DNA from: an uncultured Bacilli bacterium
Lineage (GTDB): Bacteria > Bacillota_I > Bacilli_A > RF39 > UBA660
Length of the DNA: 41,185 bases
Assembly (NCBI GenBank): GCA_947628685.1
Contig: CANRAT010000002.1
Span: 1-41,185 of the forward strand
Direction: 5' to 3'
A model generated the notes under the pieces. It was not told where the DNA came from and ran no database searches. It saw nothing but the letters and a program-made list of their open reading frames with translations. Made by a program: the position numbers and the translations under genes. This document shows positions 9,384-18,866 of this stretch, one piece after another (within the stretch, counting starts at the first letter, position 1; the number at the start of each line of letters is the position of its first letter).

Positions 9384-10157
9384 ATGAAAAAAGGATTTAC
9401 ATTAATAGAGTTACTTGCAGTAATAGTAATACTAGCAATAATAGCGCTTATAGCAACACCCATTATATTAAACATAATAGGAGATACTAAAAAGGAATCA
9501 GATAAAAGAAGTATAGAAATGTATGGAGATGCAATAAAGAATGCAGTAGCGAAATCAATGTTAGATGGAGCTGAAATAACTCCTGGGAATTTAAGTGAAG
9601 AGTTATTATCAGAGGTAGAATATGAAGGTTCAAAAGTAGAATGTGAAACACATGAAATATATAGCGATGGAACAATATATTTAGCAGAATGTACAGTAAA
9701 TGATGTAGCAGTAGAATATGAATATGGAGAAAAGAAAATAATGCCAGGCAAATATTATGGATGGTGGTCACAAGACAAAAACTTAAAAATAGGAGGAGAA
9801 TTGCCAGAAGACTTATCACTAACTCCACCATCAGATAAAAAGATTTACTTAGGAATAGATACAGATGGAAGTAAAATAAAAGCAGCTTATGCATGTTTTA
9901 AAATGAACAATGAAAATTACTGCTTAAAAGGTGCAGATGAAACTGCAGTTACTTCAAATCATGACATGATGAGAGAAGCATTTAGTGAGACTGGGGAATG
10001 CTATTTTGACGAAGATGGTAGTGATTATAATGATGAATGCCATGGAGAATCGATTATTGTACAAGCTCATCCAAGTGGAGATGTAAGTACGATTGTTGTG
10101 GACACTAGTTACTGCTATGTGTTTCATGATGGAACTTTCTATTGTTATGATGAGTAG
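9384..10157 (+). CDS. Prepilin-type N-terminal cleavage/methylation domain protein with Cys-rich C-terminal domain
   Basis: MKKG/FTLIELLAVIVILAIIALIATP is a class III (type IV pilin-like) signal with Glu+5. The ATG at 9384 is best spaced from the AGGAAG RBS; the track starts at 9378. The C-terminal 130 aa have 8 Cys and no family I recognise. Confidence 0.8.
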   Translation: MKKGFTLIELLAVIVILAIIALIATPIILNIIGDTKKESDKRSIEMYGDAIKNAVAKSMLDGAEITPGNLSEELLSEVEYEGSKVECETHEIYSDGTIYLAECTVNDVAVEYEYGEKKIMPGKYYGWWSQDKNLKIGGELPEDLSLTPPSDKKIYLGIDTDGSKIKAAYACFKMNNENYCLKGADETAVTSNHDMMREAFSETGECYFDEDGSDYNDECHGESIIVQAHPSGDVSTIVVDTSYCYVFHDGTFYCYDE

Positions 10158-10205
10158 ACTATATTAATCATCTAAGGCATTTAATCCCTAATTTTCTATT
10201 AGGAT

Positions 10206-10232
10206 AAAAATATCACGTTAGTGGTATTTTTA
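10206..10232 (+). terminator. Terminator after pilin-like gene copy 1
   Basis: ATATCAC-gtta-GTGGTAT stem (one G-U pair) followed by a T-run. Confidence 0.45.
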
Positions 10233-10279
10233 TTGTATTTTAAACAAATTTATAGTAAACTAGTACTTGAGGTGGTTTC

Positions 10280-11380
10280 ATGAGTTTAACAGCAGGAATA
10301 GTAGGACTTCCAAACGTAGGAAAAAGTACACTTTTCAATGCAATTACTAAAAAAAATATATTAGCTGCTAATTACCCATTTGCGACTATAGATCCAAATG
10401 TAGGAGTAGTAGTTGTTCCAGATGAGAGATTAGATTTTTTAAATGATTTATATAAGCCAAAAAGTCTAGTCCCAACAACATTTGAATTTACTGATATTGC
10501 AGGGCTTGTAAAAGGTGCATCAACAGGAGAAGGTTTAGGTAATAAATTTTTGTCACATATAAGAGAAGTTGATGCGATATGTGAAGTTGTTAGGTGCTTT
10601 GAAAATAAAGATATAATCCATGTTTTAAATGATGTTGATCCAATAAGAGATATAGAAATAATAGAAGTTGAATTAATATTATCGGATTTAGAAATTATAG
10701 AAAACAGATTCAATAAAATAGGTAAAAAAGCATCACTATCAAAAGATAAAGAAGTAATAAAAGAAGCAAATATATTAACTAAATTAAAAGAAGCATTAGA
10801 AAAGAATATTCCAATTAGAAGACTAGAATTAACTGATGAAGAAAAATTATATATAAAACCATTTAATTTACTTACAAGTAAACCAATTATTTATGTTGCA
10901 AATGTATCAGAAGATGATTTGCTTGAAGGAAATAACAAGTATGTAGAAAGCGTAGTAGAATACGCAAAAAAAGATAATGCATTAGTTGTTAGTATATGCG
11001 CTAAAATAGAATCAGATTTAAGCGAAATGGATAATTTACAAAAGAATAATTTTTTAAATGAACTTGGAATAAGTGAAAGTGGCATAGATAATTTAATAAA
11101 AGCATCATATAAATTACTTGGACTTAAAACTTTTTTTACTGCAGGAGAAGATGAGTGTAGGGCTTGGACTTTTAAAACAGGTATGAAGGCTCCAGAATGT
11201 GCAGGTATAATCCATACAGATTTTGAAAAAGGTTTCATAAAAGCAGAAGTAATGAGTTATAGTGATTTAAAATTATATGGTAGTGAAAAATCAGTTAAAG
11301 AAGCAGGAAAGATGCGACTTGAAGGTAAAGATTATTTAATGCAAGATGGAGATATCTGCTACTTTAGATTTAATGTTTAG
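10280..11380 (+). CDS. ychF: Redox-regulated ribosome-binding ATPase YchF
   Basis: 366 aa. GIVGLPNVGKSTLFNA P-loop and a TGS-like C-terminus (DGDICYFRFNV). Confidence 0.95.
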   Translation: MSLTAGIVGLPNVGKSTLFNAITKKNILAANYPFATIDPNVGVVVVPDERLDFLNDLYKPKSLVPTTFEFTDIAGLVKGASTGEGLGNKFLSHIREVDAICEVVRCFENKDIIHVLNDVDPIRDIEIIEVELILSDLEIIENRFNKIGKKASLSKDKEVIKEANILTKLKEALEKNIPIRRLELTDEEKLYIKPFNLLTSKPIIYVANVSEDDLLEGNNKYVESVVEYAKKDNALVVSICAKIESDLSEMDNLQKNNFLNELGISESGIDNLIKASYKLLGLKTFFTAGEDECRAWTFKTGMKAPECAGIIHTDFEKGFIKAEVMSYSDLKLYGSEKSVKEAGKMRLEGKDYLMQDGDICYFRFNV

Positions 11381-11388
11381 GTTTAATT

Positions 11389-12102
11389 ATGAATAAATAT
11401 GTAATTGTAACAGGATGTGCGAAGGGTATAGGTAGAGAGATCGCACTTGAGTTTGCTAGATACGGATATAATATTATAGGAACATATAATACATCTTTAG
11501 AAAAAATAAAACAATTGAAAACTAAAATAGAGTCTATTGGAGTAAAGTTTGATTATTATAAACTAGATATATCAAATGAACTTGAAATTGAAGAATTTGC
11601 TAATAATATAAAAAGTAAATACTCAAATATAGATGTATTAGTTAATAATGCTGCAGTATGTATGGATAGTCCGTTTACTTTAAAAACAAAAGATGAATTT
11701 ATGAAAGTATTAGAAGTAAACTTAGTTGGACCATTTATACTTATACAAAAACTTTTTTCTATAATGAATAATGGTATAATTATAAATATTTCTTCTACTG
11801 ATGGTATAAATACTTATTCAAGATTAAATATGGATTATTCAGCAAGTAAGGCAGGACTAATTAATTTAACTAAATCTTTATCTCTTGAGTTTGAAAATAT
11901 CAAAGTCTATGCAATATGCCCTAATTGGGTCAACACAGAAAGCGTAAAGGAAATGAATCAAGATTATTTGCTTGAAGAAATGAAAAGAATTAAACAAAAT
12001 AAATTAATCGATAAAGAAGATGTAGCAAAAAAAGTAATTGAAGTTGTAAATAGTGATTTAGATAGTGGAAGTATTATAATAATGGGTGATAAAAATGAAT
12101 GA
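11389..12102 (+). CDS. SDR-family oxidoreductase
   Basis: TGCAKGIG (TGxxxGxG), NNAA and YSASK (YxxxK) motifs. Confidence 0.85.
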   Translation: MNKYVIVTGCAKGIGREIALEFARYGYNIIGTYNTSLEKIKQLKTKIESIGVKFDYYKLDISNELEIEEFANNIKSKYSNIDVLVNNAAVCMDSPFTLKTKDEFMKVLEVNLVGPFILIQKLFSIMNNGIIINISSTDGINTYSRLNMDYSASKAGLINLTKSLSLEFENIKVYAICPNWVNTESVKEMNQDYLLEEMKRIKQNKLIDKEDVAKKVIEVVNSDLDSGSIIIMGDKNE

Positions 12103-13324
12103 TATTATAAATTTAGTAAATAATTCTGAAAAAGAGATAAAAGATGAATTAGAAAAAATAAACGATATAGTGTTTTTAAATAGTAAAAAAGTATTAGATG
12201 CTTTTCAAAAAGAAAATGTATCTGAATATCATTTTAATTCAACAACAGGTTATGGATATAATGATATAGGAAGAACTGTTATAGAAAGTGTTTATAGCGA
12301 CATATTTAAAAGTGAAGATGCACTAGTTAGAGGACAGTTTATATCAGGTACACACGCTCTTAGTGTATCTTTATTTGGAATACTTAGACCAAATGATATA
12401 ATGCTTTCAATTAGTGGTACTCCATACGATACACTGCACGAAGTAATAGGTATTAGAAAAAATCCTAGTTCATTGAAATCATTTAACGTAAAATATGAAC
12501 AAATTGATTTAGTTAATGATGATTTTGATTATGATAAAATAATAAATAGAGTAAGAAAAAATGATTTAAAAATGGTATATGTTCAAAGATCTAAAGGATA
12601 CTCTACAAGAAAAAGTATAAGCATTTTAAAGTTAGAAAAAGTAATAAAGAAAATAAGAGAAGTAAATAAAAGTGTAATAATAATGATTGATAATTGTTAT
12701 TGTGAATTTGTTGATACTAAAGAACCAATAGAAGTTGGTGCTGATATATGTGTTGGTTCATTAATTAAAAATTTAGGTGGATGTATTGCTCCTAATGGTG
12801 CGTACGTAGTAGGTAGGAAAGATTTAATAGAATTAATTGCAGAAAGATTAACCGCTCCAGGAGAAGGTAAAGAAGTAGGACCTTCACTAAATATGAATAA
12901 GCCATTACTTCAAGGTTTAGCGCTTGCTCCAAGTGTGGTAGGCTCTGCTTTAAAAACGGCAATATTGACAAGTTATGTATTAGAAAAATTAGGATATGAT
13001 GTAGAACCTAAATATAATGAAAAAAGAGTAGATATAGTACAAAATATTATATTTAACAATCCAGAAGATTTAATTAAATATGTCGGTGGAATTCAAATGG
13101 GTTCCCTAATAGATTCAAATGTTAAAGCAGAACCATCTGATATGCCTGGTTATGATGATAAAGTAATAATGGCATCAGGGGCGTTCACACAAGGTTCATC
13201 TATAGAACTTTCTTGTGATGGACCAATTAGACCTCCATATATTGCCTATCAACAAGGTGCACTCTCCTATGAGTATGGTAAACTTGGACTTATAAAAGCA
13301 ATTAGTATATTAAAAGGTGAATAA
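12095..13324 (+). CDS. Methionine gamma-lyase-family PLP protein (YnbB / aluminium-resistance-protein-like)
   Basis: About 410 aa. FNSTTGYGYNDIGR and VRGQFISGTHAL resemble the PF06838-type family as recalled. The ATG at 12095 follows GGTGA; the track starts at 12086. Confidence 0.65.
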   Translation: MNDIINLVNNSEKEIKDELEKINDIVFLNSKKVLDAFQKENVSEYHFNSTTGYGYNDIGRTVIESVYSDIFKSEDALVRGQFISGTHALSVSLFGILRPNDIMLSISGTPYDTLHEVIGIRKNPSSLKSFNVKYEQIDLVNDDFDYDKIINRVRKNDLKMVYVQRSKGYSTRKSISILKLEKVIKKIREVNKSVIIMIDNCYCEFVDTKEPIEVGADICVGSLIKNLGGCIAPNGAYVVGRKDLIELIAERLTAPGEGKEVGPSLNMNKPLLQGLALAPSVVGSALKTAILTSYVLEKLGYDVEPKYNEKRVDIVQNIIFNNPEDLIKYVGGIQMGSLIDSNVKAEPSDMPGYDDKVIMASGAFTQGSSIELSCDGPIRPPYIAYQQGALSYEYGKLGLIKAISILKGE

Positions 13325-13986
13325 TGGATAAAAAGAAAAGTAAAAAATTAGATATACTATATGAAGATAAATACATATTAATAGTAAACAAGCCACATAA
13401 TTTACTTACTATATCAACTGAAAAAGAAAAATATAAAACCTTATTTCACTTAGTATTTGAATATTTAAAGAAAAAAAACAAAAACAATAAAGTTTTTATT
13501 GTACATAGATTAGATAAAGATACAAGTGGTATTGTAATGTTTGCTAAAGATGAAAAAACTAAGTTATTTCTTCAAGATAATTGGAGTAAATTTAAAAGAA
13601 ATTATGTAGCGGTAGTATATGGCAGAATTAACAATAAAAAGGGTGTACTTAAAAATTATTTAGAAGAAACTAAAACTCATATTACTTATATAGTAAATGA
13701 TTCAAATGGTAAACTAGCAGTTACAGAATATGAAAAAATCCTTGAAAATAGCAAGTACACTATGCTTAGTTTAAATCTTTTAACAGGTAGAAAAAATCAA
13801 ATAAGAGTGCAGTTAGCAAGTATGGGAAATCCAATTGTTGGAGATAAAAAATATGGCATTAAAAAAGACCCTATAAGAAGAATGGCATTAGTTGCAAACA
13901 CATTAGAATTTATTCATCCTAAAACAAAAGAAAAAATTTTAATAGACATAGATATACCAAGTAGTTTTATTAGACTTTTTAGATAA
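13324..13986 (+). CDS. RluA-family pseudouridine synthase
   Basis: Catalytic motif HRLDKDTSGIVMFAK and GRKNQIRVQL. The start overlaps the upstream stop (TAATG). Confidence 0.9.
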   Translation: MDKKKSKKLDILYEDKYILIVNKPHNLLTISTEKEKYKTLFHLVFEYLKKKNKNNKVFIVHRLDKDTSGIVMFAKDEKTKLFLQDNWSKFKRNYVAVVYGRINNKKGVLKNYLEETKTHITYIVNDSNGKLAVTEYEKILENSKYTMLSLNLLTGRKNQIRVQLASMGNPIVGDKKYGIKKDPIRRMALVANTLEFIHPKTKEKILIDIDIPSSFIRLFR

Positions 13987-13992
13987 AAATAC

Positions 13993-14021
13993 TTGATATA
14001 TTTTTTATATTGAGATAAAAT
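13993..14021 (+). promoter_or_regulatory. Promoter of adhesin gene 1
   Basis: TTGATA (13993-13998), 17-bp spacer, TAAAAT (14016-14021). The -35 context AAATAyTTGATATATTTTT is shared with 16610-16638. Confidence 0.55.
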
Positions 14022-14045
14022 AAATGTATAGGGTAGGTGGAATTA

Positions 14046-16580
14046 ATGAAGAAAAATATACGATTATATATATTAGTTTTTGCTTTAATATTTTTATGTG
14101 GAATAAATACTGTATGGGCACTTCCAGATTCATTTGAGGTAAAAAGTTTTGCTGAAGTGCATGGTTTACCAGAAACACACACTAAACCTACTGATTGTAA
14201 TTCAGATGAATGTTATGGTACAACATTAAAATTTTATGAAGACTCAAGTGGAAAAACAGGAGTTTTTTGTACATTGTTTGAAGAAACTTCCCCTGCTTGG
14301 AAAAATAATTCCACTTGTAAAATAACAGATCAATGGTCCGATTCTGTACGTTATTCGGTAGGACAGATAGTAAATGCGGTTATACCATCACTTGTATTAG
14401 ATGATACTTTGCATAATTCAGATGTAAAAAAGGCAACCATGTCAGCTTATCTTTCTGCAGAAATGGCATTAAATAGATTCCTATATGATATAGGTAGAGG
14501 AGATGAGACAATTGGTGGATGGAATATTTCCACATCTAAAATTTCAAAGGAATTAAACTCACAATATAGTACATACCTACAGACTGCTGAAAAAGCATAT
14601 TCTATTTATGATGGCGATAAAAATAAAATAAGTTTTAATACAAATTCATTAAGATTTACCTTAAGCGAGGATGGAGAATACTATAGCTCAAATGTTGTAA
14701 AAGTAACCGCTTATGGAAATGTAACATATAAGTTGGAAGGCGTAGATGGAACAATATACACACGTAATGATATGATTCAACTAAAAATTCCTTCAAAAAA
14801 TTTAAAAGATGATCAAACAACAACAATAACAGTTAAAGTAGAATCAACAAAGAGTTATGCATATGCAAGAAGATACTATTGTGGTGAAGAATATCAACCA
14901 GTAACTCCAATAGCTCTAGAATATGAGACAATAAATAGACAGGCACAAATAAGTGGTAAAATTACAAAAGAATCTCCAAAAGGGAAATTAATAATAAAAA
15001 AAGTTGATGCTACTACTCAAAAAATATTATCAGGTGCAACAATTACGGTAACAGGTCCAGATGATTTTTATGAAAGATTTACAACTAATGGAAATACTTA
15101 TGAAATAGATGGATTAGAATATGGAGAATATACTATAAAGGAAGAATATGCTCCATCAGGGTATGTCATTAGTGAAGGTACTCAAACTGTAACAATTGGC
15201 GAAAGTACTCAAACCATAACTGTAACATTAAAGAATAGTAAAAATAAAGTAAAATTTATAAAAGCAGATGAAAAAGGGAATCCTTTAGCGGGAGCGACAC
15301 TTGAGATACAAAATCTTTCGGGAGCTGTTGTTAGCTATTGTGGAGAAAATAGAAACAGTATTTGTAGATGGACATCGACAACAGATCCATATGAAGTATC
15401 AGGCTTGCCATCAGGTACATATTATTTTACTGAAACAGCTGCTCCAAAGGGTTATGTATTAAATTCAAGTAGGATAAGATTTACAGTAGGTAATGATGGA
15501 AAAATTTCAGTAAATGGAATTAATAAAGAAGATTTGACATTAAAATTAAGTGATGAATTAATAAAAATAATTATATCAAAAACAGATATAACAGGGAAAA
15601 AGGAACTACCAGGGGCAACACTTGAGATACAAGATGAAAAAGGAAAAGTAGTAAATTATTGTGGAGAAAATAGAACTAGTGCCTGCAGGTGGACTTCAAC
15701 GACAAAACCATATGAAATAGAAGGAATACCAGCAGGAACGTATTATTTAGTAGAAACAGTTGCTCCAGAAGGCTATGCATTAAAAAAAGAAAAAGTAAAG
15801 TTCACGGTAAAAGCAGATGGATATGTAAGAACAGTAACAATGACAAACTCACTAACAAGTATAAGATTTTCAAAAACGGATATAACAGGGAAAAAGGAAC
15901 TTGCAGGAGCAACACTCGAAATACAAGATGAAAAAGGTAATGTAGTAAATTATTGTATGGATTTAAAAGGAAATTATAATACAGCATGTAAATGGGTATC
16001 AACAGGAGATCCATACCAAATAGATGGACTACCAACAGGTACATATTATTTAGTAGAAACGATAGCTCCAAAAGGATACGTATTAAATAAAGAAAGAGTA
16101 GAATTTACAGTAACAGATGATGGAGTAATAAGAACAGTTGTAATGAAGAATAATATAAGAAAATTAAAGATAACAAAATATGATTCAACAGGAGTAAGAG
16201 AACTAAAAGGAGCAACATTGGAATTGCAAGATGAAGAAGGATATGTAGTAAATTACTGTAAAGGACAAGATGGAAATAATACGGCATGTAGGTGGGTATC
16301 AACAGATAAACCGTATGAAATAGAAGGATTGCCAGTAGGAGTATATTACTTAGTAGAAGTAGAGGCACCAGAGGGATATATTTTAAATACAGAAAAGAAG
16401 AAAATAGAAATAACAGAAGATGATGTTACTACAGAAGTAGGAATGACAAATGAATTAAAAGTAGATGTACCAGATACATTAAGTAGTAAATCCGCATTAT
16501 TACTAGCGATATCAATGTTTGATATAGCGCTTGGAATGGGGATAATAACATATGTCAAGAAAAATAGGATTGAAGAATAG
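14046..16580 (+). CDS. Cell-wall surface adhesin: N-terminal Cys-containing domain, 5 SpaA/CnaB-type prealbumin-fold repeats, VPDTL sorting-like signal
   Basis: Signal peptide (cleavage near VWA/LP). Five repeats of about 95-105 aa carry GATLEIQD...G.YYLVET.AP.GY. The C-terminus is VDVPDTLS, then a hydrophobic helix, then KKNRIEE. The ATG at 14046 follows GGTAGGTGG; the track starts at 14037. Confidence 0.85.
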   Translation: MKKNIRLYILVFALIFLCGINTVWALPDSFEVKSFAEVHGLPETHTKPTDCNSDECYGTTLKFYEDSSGKTGVFCTLFEETSPAWKNNSTCKITDQWSDSVRYSVGQIVNAVIPSLVLDDTLHNSDVKKATMSAYLSAEMALNRFLYDIGRGDETIGGWNISTSKISKELNSQYSTYLQTAEKAYSIYDGDKNKISFNTNSLRFTLSEDGEYYSSNVVKVTAYGNVTYKLEGVDGTIYTRNDMIQLKIPSKNLKDDQTTTITVKVESTKSYAYARRYYCGEEYQPVTPIALEYETINRQAQISGKITKESPKGKLIIKKVDATTQKILSGATITVTGPDDFYERFTTNGNTYEIDGLEYGEYTIKEEYAPSGYVISEGTQTVTIGESTQTITVTLKNSKNKVKFIKADEKGNPLAGATLEIQNLSGAVVSYCGENRNSICRWTSTTDPYEVSGLPSGTYYFTETAAPKGYVLNSSRIRFTVGNDGKISVNGINKEDLTLKLSDELIKIIISKTDITGKKELPGATLEIQDEKGKVVNYCGENRTSACRWTSTTKPYEIEGIPAGTYYLVETVAPEGYALKKEKVKFTVKADGYVRTVTMTNSLTSIRFSKTDITGKKELAGATLEIQDEKGNVVNYCMDLKGNYNTACKWVSTGDPYQIDGLPTGTYYLVETIAPKGYVLNKERVEFTVTDDGVIRTVVMKNNIRKLKITKYDSTGVRELKGATLELQDEEGYVVNYCKGQDGNNTACRWVSTDKPYEIEGLPVGVYYLVEVEAPEGYILNTEKKKIEITEDDVTTEVGMTNELKVDVPDTLSSKSALLLAISMFDIALGMGIITYVKKNRIEE

Positions 16581-16599
16581 TAAAATGCTATTCTTTTTT
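16574..16599 (+). terminator. Terminator after adhesin gene 1
   Basis: AGAATAG-taaaatg-CTATTCT stem followed by TTTTT; the stop codon lies in the stem. Confidence 0.55.
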
Positions 16600-16609
16600 C
16601 TTAAAATAT

Positions 16610-16638
16610 TTGATATATTTTTAATATTATGTTACAAT
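16610..16638 (+). promoter_or_regulatory. Promoter of adhesin gene 2
   Basis: TTGATA (16610-16615), 17-bp spacer, TACAAT (16633-16638). Confidence 0.55.
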
Positions 16639-16667
16639 TGTACTAGAAAATAAAGAGAGATGATATT

Positions 16668-18866
16668 GTGAGAAAAGTTAAATATATTTTATATTTAATA
16701 GTATTATTTTTAATAATTAATGTATTTAGTCAAAATGTACAAGCTACAATGCCACAGACAATAGGTCCAATAAAGCAAGAGGGAAATCATGTTATGGATA
16801 GCTGCGGTAAATCTAGATGTTACGGTACTGCACTCAAAGCATATGAGAGTGGGAGTGAAATCGTACCTGTAATATGTACTGATTATGCTGATGAAACACC
16901 TGCTGCAGGAGGGGCTACTTGTACATTAACGAATGATTGGGATAAAAAAGTACGTTATGCGGTAGCAGAATTAATTCAGGCAGCAACTATAGCAGAAGGT
17001 TGGTCTACAGATTCCACATCTATACCTTATTTTGCTGCTGAACTTGCTTTAAATAAATTTTTATATGATAAAAATGAATATTACAATGATGATATAGGTG
17101 GATATGATGTTAGAATTACTGGACTTTCTAGCAAGTATTCAACACTCTTTGAAACATATGTGCAAGTAGCAGAAAGGGCATATGATAATTTTGTTGATGA
17201 TGCTGCTGACATAAAGTTTGGTTCTAATGCATTAAGATTTACATTGAATAGTGATGGAAATTATGTTTCAAATATAGTGACGCTCAATTATGGTTATTAT
17301 GAGATTACAACTTCTAAAGGAGAAGTTTATACACACAATAATATGTTTAGTTTATCTATTCCACAAACTGAAATAGGAGAAGATACAACTGTGACTATCA
17401 CAGTTACAGTAACTGTAAATAGAGATATAAAATATGCAAGAAGATATGACTGTGGAAGATCGTACCAAAAAGTAACTCCAATTTCTTTAGAAACAACTAC
17501 AGTTTCTAAAAGTGCGACGATAAGTGGTACAATTAAAACTGAATCAAAAAAAGGTAAACTCATTATAAAAAAGATTGATTCAAACAGTAAATTAGGATTA
17601 AGTGGAGCAATAATAACTGTAACGGGGCCTAATGGATTCTATGACTCATTTGTATCTGATGGAAAAGATCACGTATTAGATGGACTAGAATACGGAAAGT
17701 ATACAGTAAAAGAATCTAGCGCACCATCTGGATATGTTGTAAATGTAAATAGTCAAACAGTAACAATAGGAGATGGTAATGAAGAAAAAACAGTACAAAT
17801 AGAAAATGAAAGAACAAAAGTAAAATTTTTAAAAACGGATAAAAATGGTAAACCATTATCAGGTGCGACACTTGAAATACAAAATTCATTAGGTTCAGCA
17901 GTAAGTTATTGTAAGAATGCTTCTGGAAGTAATACTACTTGTAGATGGATTTCAACGCAATCTGCTTATGAAGTATCAGGCTTACCAGCAGGAGTATATT
18001 ATTTAGCCGAAGTATATGCCCCAAATGGATATGCTTTAAATGAAAATAGAGTTAAATTTACAATTAATACTTATGGAAAAGTAATAGTAAACGGTGTAGA
18101 ACAAACAGATATTACAATAAAATTTGTAAATGAATTATCAAAAGTAAAAATTTCTAAAACAGATATAACAGGAAAGAAAGAACTTGCGGGAGCTACACTA
18201 GAAGTTCAAGATAGCAAGGGTAATATAGTAAAATACTGTAAAGATGAATATGGGAATTCTAATGCAGAATGTAAGTGGGTATCAACAGGGACTCCATATG
18301 AAATAGAAGGACTTAAAGAAGGACTATATTATTTAGTAGAAACAGTTGCTCCAAAAGGATATGTTTTAAATAAAGAAAAAGTAGCATTCCAAGTTAAAGG
18401 TGATGGTTCTGTACAAACGGTTGTAATGAAAAATGAACTATCGAAAGTAAAAATAACAAAATTGGATGCAACAGGAACAAAAGAACTTGCGGGAGCAACA
18501 TTAGAAGTTCAAGATAGCGATGGTAATATAGTTAATTATTGTAAGGGAGCAGATGGAAGTTATAATGCAGAATGTAAATGGGTATCAACAGATACTCCAT
18601 ACGAAATAGAAGGACTACCTGTTGGGGTATATTATTTAGTAGAAACAATCGCTCCAGAAGGATATGTTTTAAATACCAATAAAGTAAAATTTGAAGTAAC
18701 AGAAGATTCTGTTTTAACAGAAGTAGTGATGACAAATGAATTAGAAGTAGATGTACCAAATACATTAAGCGTAAGATCTACATTTTTACTTACAGTTTCA
18801 ATGCTTGATATCGCTTTAGGAATAGGGATAATAACATATGTTAAAAAGAATAAAATTGAAGAATAG
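16668..18866 (+). CDS. Paralogous surface adhesin: N-terminal Cys-containing domain, 4 SpaA/CnaB-type repeats, VPNTL sorting-like signal
   Basis: Signal peptide (..NVQA/T) and the same architecture as 14046-16580 with one repeat fewer. The C-terminus is VDVPNTLS, then a TM helix, then KKNKIEE. GTG start. Confidence 0.85.
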   Translation: MRKVKYILYLIVLFLIINVFSQNVQATMPQTIGPIKQEGNHVMDSCGKSRCYGTALKAYESGSEIVPVICTDYADETPAAGGATCTLTNDWDKKVRYAVAELIQAATIAEGWSTDSTSIPYFAAELALNKFLYDKNEYYNDDIGGYDVRITGLSSKYSTLFETYVQVAERAYDNFVDDAADIKFGSNALRFTLNSDGNYVSNIVTLNYGYYEITTSKGEVYTHNNMFSLSIPQTEIGEDTTVTITVTVTVNRDIKYARRYDCGRSYQKVTPISLETTTVSKSATISGTIKTESKKGKLIIKKIDSNSKLGLSGAIITVTGPNGFYDSFVSDGKDHVLDGLEYGKYTVKESSAPSGYVVNVNSQTVTIGDGNEEKTVQIENERTKVKFLKTDKNGKPLSGATLEIQNSLGSAVSYCKNASGSNTTCRWISTQSAYEVSGLPAGVYYLAEVYAPNGYALNENRVKFTINTYGKVIVNGVEQTDITIKFVNELSKVKISKTDITGKKELAGATLEVQDSKGNIVKYCKDEYGNSNAECKWVSTGTPYEIEGLKEGLYYLVETVAPKGYVLNKEKVAFQVKGDGSVQTVVMKNELSKVKITKLDATGTKELAGATLEVQDSDGNIVNYCKGADGSYNAECKWVSTDTPYEIEGLPVGVYYLVETIAPEGYVLNTNKVKFEVTEDSVLTEVVMTNELEVDVPNTLSVRSTFLLTVSMLDIALGIGIITYVKKNKIEE

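Noticed and set aside
14130-14960. Thioester (TED) domain assignment for the adhesin head.
   Set aside because: A (F/I)C-x7-P motif is present, but no conserved TQxA(I/V)W-type glutamine is shared by the two paralogs. The evidence is insufficient for a feature call, so it is mentioned only as a hypothesis in the findings.
14979-18750. Periodic DNA repeats of about 290-310 bp that could be mistaken for a repeat array or CRISPR.
   Set aside because: They are in-frame coding repeats (SpaA/CnaB-type domains) of the two adhesin genes. They have no short direct repeat/spacer architecture, and no cas genes are present.
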